DNA of 64,000 bases from NCBI RefSeq assembly GCF_001194135.2, contig NC_068999.1, forward strand, positions 36,277,493-36,341,492, given 5' to 3'. The stretch is from Octopus bimaculoides (lineage: Eukaryota). Below are positions 62,951-64,000 of this stretch, one piece after another. The notes beneath the pieces are model-generated. The model was not told the DNA's origin. It saw only the letters and a program-made list of their open reading frames with translations, and did no database searches. Each line of letters starts with the position of its first letter. Position 1 is the stretch's first letter. Position numbers and translations under genes: made by a program.

Positions 62951-63666
62951 CCACGCCATTTTTAGTCATAATTATGTTTCATTGACATCAATCCAGTTCT
63001 TAAACTGTACATCGATAAAATATATCGGTTCAAAGGGTTTTATTGCGTCATGTTCGCTTTAACAGAAACAAAGATCATAAATGTAATATCAGCTGAACAA
63101 AATACTACTGTTGTATTATGATTAGTTCATGAGTAGCGCGTTTGATACTCAGGATTCTAGAAAAATTAGAATTAACTCTCTATTAAGAGGATACAGCAAC
63201 GCTCACCAGTTGTTCATCAATGTTTAACTTATAAACAATTGCGTAGGCATGTCTCCTCTGTGAGACCATTTTGTAAGCGTAATGGCTAATCTGAAACTTC
63301 TAAACTCGAATGATTACACAGCCTAAAATATGTTGTCTGAGTTGAACAATTAAACGAAAGAGATGTTTCTAGCAATTAACCATATATCACATTAGAAGGT
63401 AAACCACTTTATGAAGGCAGTATTTTCAACCAAAAGTAAATTGATTGAATCAATTAAATAAAGAACTTTGCACTGAGAGTTTTATGAAGGCGTCATGCCT
63501 CGGAGACCGTTGGCTTCAAACTGATGAAACGCAGCGGAACTGGTGCAATTTGTCCACTTCGGCCTAGAAGCGGTTGCACACCGTGTTTGTATGTACTGTC
63601 AAAGTATTGTTTCCGAATTTTCCTACCAACGGCCGTTTTATCATATCGAGTAAATATGCATAAATA

Positions 63667-63711
<45 letters not shown>

Positions 63712-63759
63712 ACCTATATGCAGATATATACATACACATTAACCAATACATACATACAT

Positions 63760-63854
<95 letters not shown>

Positions 63855-63856
63855 AA

Positions 63857-64000
63857 GGCGCAATGGCCGAGTGGTTAGGGCAGCGGACTCGCGGTCGGAG
63901 GATCGCGGTTTCGATTCCCTAACCGGGCGTTGTGTGTGTTTATTGAGCGAAAACACCTAAAGATCCACGAAGCTCCGTCAGGGGGTGGTGGCAACCCCTG
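63857..64000 (+). mobile_element. tRNA-derived SINE head (another family or subfamily), truncated by the window end
   Basis: A-box tggccgagtgg (63864-63874), B-box ggtttcgattcc (63907-63918), then a ttgagcgaaaacacct core-like motif instead of a tRNA end. Confidence 0.85.

Noticed and set aside
63857-63930. Apparent tRNA gene
   Set aside because: A and B boxes are present, but the anticodon and acceptor arms do not pair well and the sequence continues into a SINE core; it is a SINE head.

Overview
AT-rich animal genomic scaffold, very probably an octopod cephalopod. That assignment is an inference from recalled Octopus-type tRNA-derived SINEs and the extreme microsatellite density. About 7 kb is N, in about 19 scaffold gaps that are nearly all bordered by microsatellites, so every long X-containing or HTHT/CVCV/YIYI ORF in the track is an artefact. 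No intact, recognisable host protein-coding gene, real tRNA/rRNA or CRISPR array was found. The window reads as intron or intergenic DNA filled with transposon debris: three or more tRNA-derived SINE families (called S1, S2, S3 here, dozens of copies); decayed LINEs (Tx1/L1-like, CR1/L2-like, R4/Dong-like, RTE-like); Penelope GIY-YIG fragments; one full-length decayed mariner with TIRs plus a second mariner fragment; a Chapaev3-type transposase fragment; and a Helitron-like non-autonomous element. The best-supported observation is that two independent CR1/L2-like LINE copies end in the same motif plus stem-loop as the S2 SINE, pointing to a SINE-LINE partnership. Weaker leads are a hammerhead-like motif, inverted SINE fold-backs, a CpG-rich promoter-like island and some candidate exons. 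I cannot support a new biological system beyond these.
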